Shown: piece after piece, positions 27,341 to 40,179 of the stretch
Layout: each line of letters starts with the position of its first letter
Position numbering within the stretch: position 1 is the stretch's first letter
From: the human T2T-CHM13v2.0 reference genome, Homo sapiens
Strand: one strand, 5' to 3'
NCBI RefSeq assembly: GCF_009914755.1
Contig: NC_060942.1
DNA length: 64,000 nt
Position numbers and translations under genes: made by a program
The notes under the pieces: generated by a model
The model's input: the letters and a program-made list of their open reading frames with translations, nothing else
Database searches by the model: none
Told to the model about the DNA's origin: nothing

Positions 27341-29640
27341 AAAACAGAACCTCTTTAAAGCATAAATCACAGAGAACCTATAAAACAAAAATACAATTTT
27401 AAAAGCAAAAACAAAAAAACCAAGGTACACAGGCAACAGATAGCACAATGAATGCAATGGTACCTCATATCTCAATATTAACATTTAATGTGAATGGCCT
27501 AAATGCTCCACTTAAAAGATACAGAACTGCAGAATAGATAGGAACTTACCAACCAACTATCTGCTGCCTTCGGGAGACTCACCTAACACATAAGGTCTTA
27601 CATAAAGTAAAGCGGTGGAAAAAGGCATTTCATGCAAATGGACACCAAAAGCAAGCAGGAGTAGCTATTCTTACATCAGACAAAACAAACTTTAAAGCAA
27701 CATCAGTTAAGAGACAAGAGGGACATTATATAATAGTAAAAGGCCTTGTCTAACAGGGAAGTATCACAATCCTAAACATGGATGCACCTAACACTGGAGC
27801 TCCTAAATTTATAAAACAATCGCTAAGGGACCTAAGAAATGAGATAGACAGCAACGCAATAATAATGGGGATTTTAATACTCCACTGACAGCACTAGACA
27901 GGTCAGCAAGGCAGAAAGTCTACAAAGAAACAATGGATTTAAACTATATCCTGTAACCAATGGACTTAACATATATATACAGAACATTTCATCCAACAAC
28001 CGCGGAGTACACATTCTATTCAACAAAGCATGAAACTTTCTCCAAGTGAGACCATATGATAGGCCATGAAACAAGCCTCAGTAAATTTTAAACAACTGAA
28101 ATTATATCATGCACCCTCTCAGACCACAGTGGAATAAAACTGGAAATAAACTCCAAAAGGAATCTTCAAAATCATGCAAATACATGAAAATTAAATAATC
28201 TGCTCCTGAATGATCATTGGGTCAAAAACAAAATCAGGATGAAAATTTAAAAATTCTTCAAACTGAACAATAATGACACAACTTATCAAAACCTCTGGGA
28301 TACAGCAAAGGCAGTGCTAAGGGGAAAGTTCATAGCCCTAAACACCTACATCAAAGAGATTGAGAGAGCACAAGCTGGTATTATAAGGTAACAATTCAAG
28401 GAAGTACAGAAACAAAAACAAACCAAACCCAAACCCAACAGAAGAAAGGAAATAAATAAGATCAGAGCAGAACTAAATGAAATTGAAATGGAAAAAAAAA
28501 TTCAAAAGATAAATGAAACAAAAAGCTTGTTCTTTGAAAAGATATATGAAATTGATAGACTACTAGCAAGATTAACCAAGAAAAGAAGAGAGAAAATCCA
28601 AACAAACAAAATGGGAGATATTACAACCGACACTACTGAAATACAAAAGATCATTCAAGGCTAATATGAACACCTTTATGCACATAAACTAAAAAACTTA
28701 GAAGACATGGGTAAATTCCTGGAAAAATACAACCCTCCTAGCTTAACTCAGGAAGAATTAGATACCCTGAACAGACCAATAACAAGCAGCGAAACTGAAA
28801 TGGTAATTAGAAAATTACCAACAAAAAATGTCCAGGACCAGACAGATTCACAGAAGAATTCTACCAGACACTCAAACAAGAATTAGTATGAATCCTTTTG
28901 ACACTATTCCACAAGATAGAGAAAGAAGGAACCCTCCCTAACTCATTCTATGAAGCCAGCATCACCCTAATACCAAAATCAGGAAAGGACATAACCAAAA
29001 AAGAAAACTATAGACCAATATCTCTGATGAACATAGTTGCTAAAATTGTTAACAAAATACTAGCTAACCGAATCCAACAACATATCAAAAAGATAATCCA
29101 CCATGTTCAAGTGAGTTTCATACCAGAGATGCAGGGGTGGTTTCAAATATGCAAGTCAATAAATGTGACACACCACATAAGAAGAATTAAAAACAAAAAT
29201 CACGGGATCATCTCAATAGATGCAGAAAAAGCATTAGACAAAATCCAACATTGCTTTATGATTAAAACTCTCAGCAAAATTGGCATACAAAGGACATACC
29301 TCAATGTAATAAAAGCCATCTATGACAAACCCAACAAAATACTGAATGGGGAAAAGTTGAAAGCATTTCCTCTGAGAACTGGAACAAGACAAGGATGCCC
29401 ACTCTCACTACTCCTCTACAACACAGCACTAGAAGTTCTAGCCAGAGCAATCAGACAAGAGAAAGAAATAAAGGGGCATCCAAATTAGTAAAGAGGAAGT
29501 CAAACTGTCACTATTTGCTGACGATGATTGTTTACCTCGAAAACCCTAAAGACTCCTCCAGAAAGCTCCTAGAGCTGATAAAAGAATTCAGCAAAGTTTC
29601 TGGATACAAGATTAATGTACACAAATTAGTAGATGGAATC

Positions 29641-29694
29641 ATATATAATATAATATAATATAATATAATATAATATAATATAATATAATATATA
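29641..29694. repeat. (TAATA)n pentanucleotide microsatellite
   Basis: About 9 perfect taata units inside the ORF2 insertion. Confidence 0.95.
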
Positions 29695-30261
29695 CGATGG
29701 AATACTACTCAGCCATAAAAAGGAATGAATTAATGGCATTCGCAGCAACCTGGATGAGATTGGAGACTATTATTCTAAGTGAAGTAACTCAGGAATGGAA
29801 AACCAAACACTTCTTTACACCAACGGCGACCAAGTGGAGAATGAAATAAAAAACTCAACCCCTTTTATAATAGCTGCAAAAAAGAAAATAATAACTTAGG
29901 AATATACCTAACCAAGAAGGTGAAAGACCTCTACAAAGAAAACTACGGAACACTGCTGAAAGAAATCATAGATGACACAAACAAATGGAAACACATCTCA
30001 TGTTCATGGATGGGTAGAATAAATATCGTGAAAATGATCATATTGCCAAAAGCAATCCACAATTTCAATGCAATTCCCATCAAAATACCACCATCATTCT
30101 TCACAGAATTAGAAAAAACAATTCTAAAATTAATATGAAACCAAAAAAGAGCCCACATAGCCAAAGCAAGACTAAGGAAAAGGAACTAATCTGGAGGCTC
30201 ACACTACCCAATTTCAAACTATACTATAAGGCCATAGTCACCAAACAGCATGGTACTGGTA

Positions 30262-30354
30262 TTGATGGGTGCAGCAAACCACTATGGCACATGTATACCT
30301 ATGCAACAAACCTGCACGTTCTGCACATGTATCACAGAACTTAAATTATATTTT
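30262..30354 (+). mobile_element. ~90-bp L1PA (PA7/8-like) extreme 3' end nested in L1PB1 ORF2
   Basis: tgatgggtgcagcaaacc...cctgcacgttctgcacatgtatcacagaacttaaa interrupts tggtactggtat|aaaaa..cacatagaccaatgg. Confidence 0.85.
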
Positions 30355-32569
30355 AAAAAGTCACATAGACCAATGGAACAGAATGGAGAACTCAGAAATA
30401 AACCCAAATACCTACAGCCAACTGATCCTTGACAAAGCAAACGAAAACATAAAGTGAGGAAATAACATGCTTTTCAACAAATGGTGCTGAGATAATTGAC
30501 TAACCACATGTAGGAGAATGAAACTAGATCTTCATCTCTCACCTTATACAGAAATCAACTCCAGATGGATTAAGGACCTAAATCTAGGACCTAAAACTAT
30601 AAAAATTCTAGAAGATAACATTGAAACAACCCTTCTAGACATTTGCTTAGGCAAGTATTTCATGTCCAAGAACCCAAAAGCAAATGCAACAAAAACAAAG
30701 ATAAATAGCTGGGTCTTAATTAAACTAAAGAGCTTTTGCATGGCAAAAGGAACAGTCAGCTGAGTAAACAGACAACCCGCAGAGTGGGAAAAAGTCTTCA
30801 CAATCTACATATCTGACAAAGGATTAATACCAGAATCTACAATGAACTAAACAAATTAGTAAGAAAAGATCAAACAATCCCATCAAAAAGTGGGCCAAGG
30901 ACATTAATAGACAATTCTCAAAAGAATATATACAAATGGCCAAAAAACATATGAAAAAATGCTCAACATCACTAATAATCAGGGAAATGCAAATCAAAAC
31001 TACAATGTGATACCAACTTACTCCTGCAAAAATGGCTATAATCAAAACACAGTAGATTTTGATGTGGATGTGGTGATCTGGGAACACTTCTACAATGCTG
31101 GTGGGAATGTAAACTAGTACAGCCACTATAGAAAACAGTGTGGAGATTCCTTAAAGAACTAAAAGTAGAACTACCATTTGATCCAGCAATCCCACTACTG
31201 GGTATCTAACCAGAGGAAAAGAAGTCATTATACAAGAAAGGTACTTGTACACACGTTTATAGCAGCACAATTCGCAATTGCAAAATCATGGAACCAATCC
31301 AAATGCCCATTAATCAACGAGTGGATAAAGAAACTGTGGTATATATATATATATATATACATGATGGAATACTACTCAGCCATAAAAAGGAATGAATTAA
31401 TGGCATTTGCAGCAATCTGGATGAGACTGGAGACTATTATTCTAAGTGAAGTAACTCAGGAATGGAAAACCAAACACTGTATTTTCTCACTGATATGCGG
31501 GAGCTAAGCTATGAGGACACAAAGGCAAAAGAATGATATAATGGACCTTGGGGACTTGCAGGGAAGAGGTGGAGTGAGGTGAGAGACAAAAGACTACAAA
31601 TGTGGTCCAGTGTATACTGCTCGGTGATGGGTGCACCAAAATCTCATAAATCACCACTAAAGAACCTACTCATGTAACCAAATACTACCTGTACCCCAAT
31701 AACCTATGGAAAAAAAGGAAATCAATCTGTAGGCTGGCAATGGCCTATGCACTTCCCTGATGAGAAAAGATGGAATGACCAAGCAGATTCCTCCAAGGAA
31801 TGTGAATATAGAGTTTCCAGAGGTTGAGCAGTGGACATCATCAGGTGTTGATAATGAAAAAAAAATGAGATAAAGTCAAGTTTACATCAACCCCAAACTC
31901 AAGCTGAAGCAGTAAATGGAAAAGAAATCATAAGTAAGAAGAAGAAACTAGGTGATGCAGAAAGGAGAAGAGAGCAGAAGAACAGAGACTAGGCAAGAAT
32001 AGTCTGGAGCACTTGGCTCCTGGTGGTTTTCTGCATCCAGTACCCATGAAGTTCAGCCATACCTTGTGTACCATACTGTGACTTTTGTCTTTGATCCTCA
32101 TAAGGTCATGGTTTCTGTACTAATCTACATGACTGTCTGTAATCTGCAGCAGGATGCCATCTAATCATTCCCTAAATATAAATCTCATGTTTTTGCCTGT
32201 GTAGTTTCCTCTCCCAGTTGTATCATCCACCAAAAACCAAGCATCATCAATTGGAATTCTCTCCATCTTGCTTAATGACACTCTACTCATTGCACCAATG
32301 TAAAGTAACTCCTCTCTCCCTCCTCTACGCTTTCAAAAAACTTTGTTCTTATCATGTGTATGAGTCTTAAACATATTTTTCACTTATATTTCTTGTGAAT
32401 TATCATATCCTACAGGATACAGACAATATAAACATTTTTATCCACATTATATCTTACACAAAATAAATGTTCAATTAATATTTGATAAATATTTTATGGA
32501 ATACTTATTCTAATTATTTTATGTATTAATTCTACTTCTCCATACAGCCCTAAGATGATCTCATTTGAT

Positions 32570-32800
32570 CATTATATTTATGAGACAGCACTAGAACTTC
32601 ATCATTGTACACATATAATCTTATTCAGCCTCATAAGAGCCCTGTGGAATAAGCACTACCGCTATACTATCCCTATTTTTTTTTGGCAAGGAAAGTGAGG
32701 CACTGTAGGTTTAAATAATCTGCACAAAGTTACATGTAGGCACTGGAATTTGAACGCAAGAAGTGAGGGGCCAGCATCTATACTTTTTGCCACCATGCCA
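32570..32800 (-). mobile_element. MIR SINE
   Basis: atttatgag...cctcataagagccctgtgg...aaggaaagtgaggcact...gaatttgaac. Confidence 0.75.
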
Positions 32801-33469
32801 TCATGCTAGGTATGGTTTAGGCTCCAATGAACAATGGTGCTGGTGGGAAACAGACACGCTACTAACACAGCAATTTCATTCTCTTGAGAGAAAATCCGCA
32901 AGCCCAAATCAAGTGTAGTCTTTCAAATTCCAGCCTAGGTGCTAATAACCTGGATGATACATGCATGATATAGAAAGCAAAGACAGATAATAATGGACCC
33001 TGAAACATAATCCTCTCCTTTAGTACACCAAAGCTGGGGGAGCCCCACTGATCAGCTGCCCTAAAACCCAATTTGATTGGTACTAGAACTGCAGGAGACA
33101 ATGGCTGAGCAGCATAGATAACTGGAAGGAGTTCTCTATTTTTTTTCTTGACAATAGAGATCAGAATATTATATCCAAATTTCTAACACCTTTTTGTGTT
33201 TCCTTGGAAACAGTCCAGCCTAAGGACAAAGACTCAGGAACAGCTGCTGATGGGAAATCAGCCTGCAGAATTGTGTGCACAGAGATCTCTGCCACCCACC
33301 CCATGCCAATTTCCAACTCCTCCATCCCTATACCTCAACACACACACACATACATGGTCTGGTGTGAGGATGTTATACAGATGTTTTGACCGTGAGCTTT
33401 TCCTTCATTTCCTTCAAGCACTTCACTGAGAGTGTTCAAAACACCACCTAACTGTCAGCACAGTTTTAA

Positions 33470-33890
33470 AGAATTTGGCTCTGGAGTTGCTATTCTTGGG
33501 GTCAATCATAGCTGCCTCTTATCAGCTGTTTAATTTTAAGTTAGTCATTTTGTCCTATCTGGTGTTCAGTTTGGAAGTCTATAAAATGGGAATCGTAATA
33601 TTTCTTTCCATTGGCCGGTGGGGAGTGGATTTATATTAGCTAATACAAATGAATTTTGTAGAGCTCTTAGCTGGGATAGTAGAGCTTAACATATGACAGC
33701 TATTTATTAAATATCTAAAATGTTCTGGCTAATTCTGGCTGTGTAAATCAGAGAAAACTTGTTTAACTTCTCAAACTTAATTATTTATTTGTAAAAGACA
33801 GATGACATCTACTGATTATGGTTTGGGGAAGCATTAAATGAAATAACGTAAGTAAAGATTACTTAGTAGGCACTGAATTAATGTTAACTG
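33470..33890 (+). mobile_element. Two MIR fragments
   Basis: ggctctggagt...ctataaaatgggaatcgtaata and ctggctgtgt...tgtaaaa...attaaatgaaataacgtaagtaaag. Confidence 0.65.
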
Positions 33891-34191
33891 GTTCTCAAGC
33901 TTTCCAGGTATTTGCTCATAGGCAAGACTTCAACGAAGTTAATCTACTCCTAATGACCCTGGTATAAAGTCTCCAGTTTCTCCCCTCTCAGGCAAGAGAA
34001 GCACTTTGAATGAGTTTTCCTATTCTTGAGAAGTCTGTCAAACAATTACTGCAATTTATGTAATAGGCTAGTTTTTAAAAATCTGCTGGTTACTAATTGC
34101 TCACAAATATTTTGTGTCATCTTCTGAATAACTCAGTGCTACCAAAACTTTTTTAATATAAGCAAAGTAAGCATTTGGTTCAATATTTACT

Positions 34192-34550
<359 letters not shown>

Positions 34551-35640
34551 TAATTTCAAACAAAGATTTTTGAACACCCACTTTGCAACCAAAGACGCTA
34601 AACAAAAAGCTGACAACTAGTGACTTGAAGACTGAGACAAAAATCAGTGTTTGCTAACCGGGTGATACATCATTCCGCACAGAACTTCAGTGTGTCCTCA
34701 GAATATGAGGAAGAGAATTATCACAGTATTAGGTTTTTAGACTTTCTTCATATTAAACAAGCCCTACAATGCCCATTGATCTGCATTTAGACAAGTTCTG
34801 AATTTAGACAAGAGCCAGCATCTGGGCGGAAATGAAGAATCATGAAACAGTAAATTATATTCACAAATTGCATAACCTCTGTTCTTTGGGGTTCCAAATG
34901 AATACAATGAGCATTTACGTGCCCATCAGATGCTCAAGATAACGATAGATTTCCAGAAATCAGGGAGATTAACAATTTTGTTGAGTAAGACCAGACACAG
35001 ATTTATAAAGGAAGAAGGATAAAGATCAAGGCTTCAAAAGAATAGAAGAGCACCATAAAAATCCTAAGCCATTTAAAATATTTATTCATTTTCAGCTCTC
35101 TCTACAGGCACTTGAAGGTCATCTGAAGGAAAACTAAAATAATCAAACTACATTCTCAGTGTAGGAGCTTTGTAGTATAAAGCAGGATTTAAAAGTGCCA
35201 AACACAGATTCGAAGACGAGAGAGTCATATTAAAGCCCTACATAAAGGACAGCAAGGAAGTTACAAGGGGAGGAGGGGGGTGTTAAATGTGAGAATTAAT
35301 AGTTATGCTTTTTCCTGGCCCCACATACTTTGGCCTCAGAGTTAAATTAATTAGAAGATATAAAAACATAAAAAGGCTTTCTATGTATATGTAACACAGA
35401 GAAGAGAGATTTAAAACTCCCATGGGTCAGAAACACAATCATTACAAACTGAATTTCTGGGCCATTGTGGCTCCTCTCTTTCCAGCACAAAGCCTTCTGT
35501 CTCTGCCCAAGCCACTGGACTCTACTTTTAATATTCCCTTGGAGATGGAGTGCTCTCTTCTTTCACCATGGCCTGTGTCTATAACCAGGAACTTGTTTCA
35601 AAAGTCTGAGCCAATGATGGTTTTTGCATTGACAGATATA

Positions 35641-36183
35641 TGAGAAGCTACTACTCTGCATTAATCAAGATGGCCTTAAGGCTCCCCTCAGCTTGACTAA
35701 AGTTTAGACAGGTTTCTTCCTAACTGTAGGCCCTGACCTCCCTTTTCTTAAAGCATTTACTTTTAAAAACCTGTAATTGCAAATTCTTTCTCTGGCCCTT
35801 TGAAATGTAAATAAATCTTCTTCCAGTCTTTTACCAGTTTTACAACTCAGGATTGTCTTTCTTAAGGACCTGGGAGCCATCTCTTTGAAATGAAATCATC
35901 AAGAAAGACAGTGTTTCTTCCTCCCAGTCTCTGAGGAAGGGTAAGAGGCTAACTTCAAGTGATAAGCATCAATTAGTACACACAATGGCATAATCACACT
36001 GACTAACCCTCTCACTAAGTTCCTCTAGGACTCTTCCACCAGCTTACCCCAGTGCTTAAAAACTCCTACCTTTTGTTTCAGCAGAATTGAGTTCAGTCTC
36101 TCTCCCCTATTACAATAGTCTTAAATAAAGCCTTTCTTGCTGTTTAACTCTAAACTTAAAATCTGGTACAATTTTTCCTTGAT
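35641..36183 (+). mobile_element. MER67-like ERV1 solo LTR
   Basis: ctcagcttgactaaagtttagacaggtttcttcc...aaggacctgggagccatctctttgaaatg...aataaa at 36124. Confidence 0.7.
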
Positions 36184-37159
36184 GGAATACAGGGTTTCTA
36201 ATGAATTGTTGGAGATCTTTTACCTTGTTAGACAATTTCATAATCAAGTAAAACAAAAATATTTAAAGTATACATGCAATAATGCATTTGATGCCAATAT
36301 TTTAAGTGACAAATAGTTACTTCAATATACTTTGAGAAAAGTGACAATTACAGTGTGGCACAGGACAGTATCCTGTCTAGAAAGCTAAGGCAGTAGAGAC
36401 ATTTTAAAAAGACAGAATGATCAACACAGTCACACGTACAGAGCCGCCCAGTACAATAAGGCAAAAAATGACTGTCAGAGTGACCTTTCCAAAACAATTC
36501 TAGTTAAATAGTGTCCTTGAATATAAGGCAAAAGAGAAGAAAAGGAAAAAGGAGGAATAAACCAGCTTCCCATGACAACTGCTGACATAATGACAAATCT
36601 GGTATTTTTGTCTTGGTTCTACAATGTCTGAAGGATAAGACCTGGAATACGAGCCTCACATGGGGAAGCACAGCACATATTTCCAAACGCAGCCTCTAAT
36701 AATCCAAGTGCCTTCCAAGTCAGTATGCAGAGGACTGAGGCAACAAAACAATTGTTGAAACAGCTGAGTGGGATGGAACTGAACACATCCAGGAGGCAAC
36801 AACTACATGGGCCGACAGTGAAATTTTAACAGATTACAGAAAGAAAAAGAAACTGCTCAACTCTGTTGCTTATATTTGGTCCACAAAGGAGTTTGATATT
36901 CAGGGTGATAACCTGATAACCACTGACCAAACATTGGTAAGAGGGTAAGAGGCAAATGAAGTTTATATTTGGTGGAGAGGTTGTTAGGGAATAGCTGCAC
37001 TAAATAAGAGTTCAAATTCTTCTTCCCATTGAGTAACCGAACAGGGTCCCAGTGACTCTGTGATGGACAGTGAAAAACTAACATTCTTGAAGAACCAGAA
37101 AAAGCAGAAGTTGCAGAGAACTCAAAGGTAATTCTTTTGTAAAAATTAGACCTCAAAAT

Positions 37160-37665
37160 ATCATTCCAAAAAGTACTTACTCAGTACAACGGAGAAAAGG
37201 TATCTCTACACTGGAGAAACTTGGTGGACAGCCACTTTAACTAAGAGATCAACTTAAAATCACCAATCATGGGACAAAGAGACATCACCTGTTCCCTAAT
37301 GTAATACACTTAGAAAGACACATCAATTATGTAGTATTCTTGACAAAAATGTTTCACCAGAATCTGATCATGAAGGAACAATCAGATAAATCCATATACA
37401 GAAATATTTTGCAAAATAATTGTACTGAACTCTCCAAAATTCTTCAGTGTCATGAAAGCTGTAAAAGGCAGGGAAACTACTTTAGACTTAAAGAGACTAA
37501 AAAGACACAACAACTAAAAGCAACATATGAACCTCATTTGGATAGTGCTCTGAAAAACATTATGTGGCAGTGGATAAATCTGAATGTGAACTATGTATTA
37601 CATAATATATTAATAATACATTTCTTGAGAGTGATCATTATATTGTAGTATATTAAAAAATTCTT
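37160..37665 (+). mobile_element. Old L1 3'UTR (L1MC/L1ME-class)
   Basis: ggagaaacttgg...gtagtattcttgacaaaaatg...gaatctgatcatgaagg...aaagagactaaaaagacac. Confidence 0.75.
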
Positions 37666-38234
37666 TGCTGTCTTCCTCTTGTTCTCGAGCAATTCAGCAA
37701 AATTATGCATATGTATATTACAAAGTTTAATTGTAAGCAAGATTCTATTAAAAAACTAGCAAGAGCTTAGAAGAAGAAATCAAGTTTACTAGAAACTGGT
37801 CACATACTTACTAAATTAAGTTAGACTCATTTTTGAGAGCTTAGAAAAGATATTTCAGGGAAATCAAATTGAATTTAGTTTTTTATTCAAAATTCAAAAA
37901 TGCAAGTAATGACTATCCTGATATCATGTAGACAAACTAAAGAAATATGAGTTGAATGGTCATATAGCAAACTGAATTCAATTTTCTCTGAATGGACATA
38001 ATTCGAAGGGTTGACATTGGCCTGAAAGGAGCTCTCTAGTATTATGATACAGGATTCTAACCATCCATTGAATGAAAACATAGATGGCATGCTAACAAAA
38101 TTTGTTAATGATAGTGACAAATATTCTCTGTGGTACAGTTTTAAATCCCAAAGGTCTTGATAGACTAAGTGGGCCGAAACCATCAACATGATATTTAACA
38201 AAAATTAATCAAAGGTCCATTATTGTCAATTAGT

Positions 38235-38690
38235 CAATATATATACATATTGGACATATGCCAGAAAGTGGGAATAGAAAAGTAAATAAAAAGGTCATAG
38301 AGCTTTTAATCTTGCATGAAAATTATGCATTTAAAACAATTATGATTGAGATGAGTACATAAAGGTAGAAGCTCAGAGACCTTGGATGTGTGTTTCAGGA
38401 AGACCTAACCTAAACAGAAAGTCAGGAAAGGCTGCCCACAGGATGCAGTGTATACATGCAAAACTTTAGGGTATTCTGGGAATAAATAATCAAAGAGAAA
38501 TATGTCATAGCATAGGAGTGAGGGGAAGTAGAGCAGAGGGAAGGGGAATACACCAACATGGCAGAGGGAGTATGTGCAAAGGCCCTAAGGATGTGTAGCT
38601 ATGGAATATTAACCAGCAAGAGAGATCCAGTGTGGCAAGAACAGAGTGAGTAAAGAGAGGTAACTGCAAAGAAATATAGGATAGAAGAGG
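38235..38690 (-). mobile_element. L2 fragment
   Basis: gtcaggaaaggctgccc...ggcagagggagtatgtgcaaaggccctaagg...ccagtgtggcaagaacagagtgag. Confidence 0.65.
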
Positions 38691-38844
38691 CAACCCTAAA
38701 GGCAGCATGAGCCAAATGGCATCACAGATTTAATTGACTCTAATTTCATCATGATTCAATATCGCAATGAAGCTCCTCCAGGTTCCAACATCCAAAACAA
38801 GGGTAATGAGGTTCTGCTCTGAGCATTGTCAATCACACCCAACT

Positions 38845-38974
38845 GTATTATTGTTTTTTTGAGACAGAATCTTGCTATGTTTCCCAGCCTGGTCTTAAAC
38901 TCCTGGCCTCAAATGATCCTCCTGCCTCAGCCTCCCAAGTAGCTAGGACTATAGGCATGTGCCACTGGGCCCCA
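38845..38974 (-). mobile_element. FLAM_A-like Alu monomer
   Basis: Single arm gagacag..tcttgctatgtt..ggtcttaaactcctgg..cctcccaagtagctaggactataggc; decayed TSD cacacccaact / catatccaact. Confidence 0.8.
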
Positions 38975-38994
38975 CATATCCAACTTTAAATTTG

Positions 38995-39236
38995 TGCTAA
39001 CATTGGGCACACTGGGACATAAAGATGGGAACAATAGACACTAGGGACTCCAAAAGGTGTGAGGGAGGGAGTGGGGCAAGGGCTGAAAAACTTCCTACTG
39101 GGTATTAGCTAGGGGATTGGATCAAGAGAAGCCCAAACCTCAACATCATGCAATATACTCTTGTAACAAACCTGCACATGTACCTCTGAATCTAATTTTT
39201 TAAAAATGCTGACATATAAGAAATTAAATAAATAAC
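38995..39236 (+). mobile_element. L1PB4-like 3' end
   Basis: ggacataaagatgggaacaatagacact...gaagcccaaacctcaacatcatgcaatatac...ctgaatcta; decayed TSD aaatttgtgct / aaatctctgct. Confidence 0.8.
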
Positions 39237-39849
39237 AAATCTCTGCTTAGTTCAAACAAATCCATAGCACTCTGTGTGTTGAGGCCAATTGAAATCCCAA
39301 CAAGGTATTACAGAATTAGGAAGTACATCACCCAAAGAGAAGAAGAGGGAAGATTCCAGGAGGCATGATAACTATCTTTAAATATCTGAAGAGCCATCTG
39401 TGAAATAGAAATCCTAGCTGGTATGTGTTTACCAAGAGTGAATGAATGGGGTTCTATAATCAGTCTTGGGAAGACTTACTAACAGGTCCTGGCTGAAGAT
39501 GGAATGGCTGTCTGGGGAAATGCTGAGGCTCCCAGGCTGACTGATAAATGGGCAAGGAATTTTTACAGAATTCTTGTCCTTGATCTAGATCATTAATAGG
39601 TCTTCCTCCAATCAATCCAGAGATTCTATAATTCTGTGACAGTGCCATTTCCATTACATTGGCAACATACAAAAGAGCTATTCAGAACATTCCAGTGGGA
39701 AGAATTTAAACGTGGCCAAACTAAAGAATTTGTAAAAAATTAAACTTATAACTGACACCTGTACCACAAGGTTAAGACTGAATCATAAAAGTAACTTTAA
39801 AATCTCAAAATGTAAAATAAAGGTAAAATTCATTTTTGTGATGAAGGTA

Positions 39850-40035
39850 GCCTAGCCACTGGAACGTGAACTTTGGAGCACACCCGTGTGGCCTTGGACA
39901 AATTTCTCAGCCTTTCTGTGTTAGTTCCTTACATGTGAAATGGAGATTTTTTAAAAATTGGTTTATTACACTCGTGAAAATTAGTATGTTAACAAATTTA
40001 AAGTGCTCAAAATAGTGTCCGGCAATAGTAAACCC
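39850..40035 (+). mobile_element. MIR SINE
   Basis: gtgtggccttggacaaattt...gtgaaatggagat...aaagtgctcaaaatagtgtccggca. Confidence 0.7.
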
Positions 40036-40179
40036 TATAAAAGGATTTGATATCTGTGATCAATCATATTAGTTGGAGTAGAGGTTGTAGAGTCAAATTT
40101 GGATTAAATCTTAGTTCCATCATTAACTGGTTAGGTGACATTTCCCTCTCAATAAAATAGAGATGAATGTATCAACTAG

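Larger units (their letters stand above)
27448..31507 (+). pseudogene. L1 ORF2p (endonuclease / reverse transcriptase) relic
   Basis: EN start HISILTFNVNGLNAPLKR; RT motifs [28 protein letters not shown]; frameshifted FADD near 29514; C-terminus ...IFSLICGS; many stops. Confidence 0.92.
24512..31714 (+). mobile_element. Full-length, inactive L1PB1 LINE-1 (L1PBa-type 5'UTR)
   Basis: 5'UTR atcatggcagatgggaggcaggactagattgcagctcc; ORF1 and ORF2 relics; L1PB1-type 3'UTR gagctaagctatgagga...aacctatggaaaaaaa; TSD aaagaaatcaagctgt (24496-24511) / aaggaaatcaatctgt (31715-31730). Confidence 0.93.
37750..39640 (+). mobile_element. L3/CR1 LINE remnant with nested L2, FLAM and L1
   Basis: RT-region motifs tagatggcatgctaacaaaatttg, aaaggtcttgatagact...gggccgaaaccatcaacatgatatttaac, atctttaaatatctgaag; CR1-type terminus gattctataattctgtga. 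Confidence 0.6.

Noticed and set aside
28898-29488. 196-aa ORF with reverse-transcriptase motifs, considered as a possible novel RT system
   Set aside because: It is a fragment of the dead L1PB1 ORF2, with flanking stops, a frameshift at the catalytic FADD motif and insertions.
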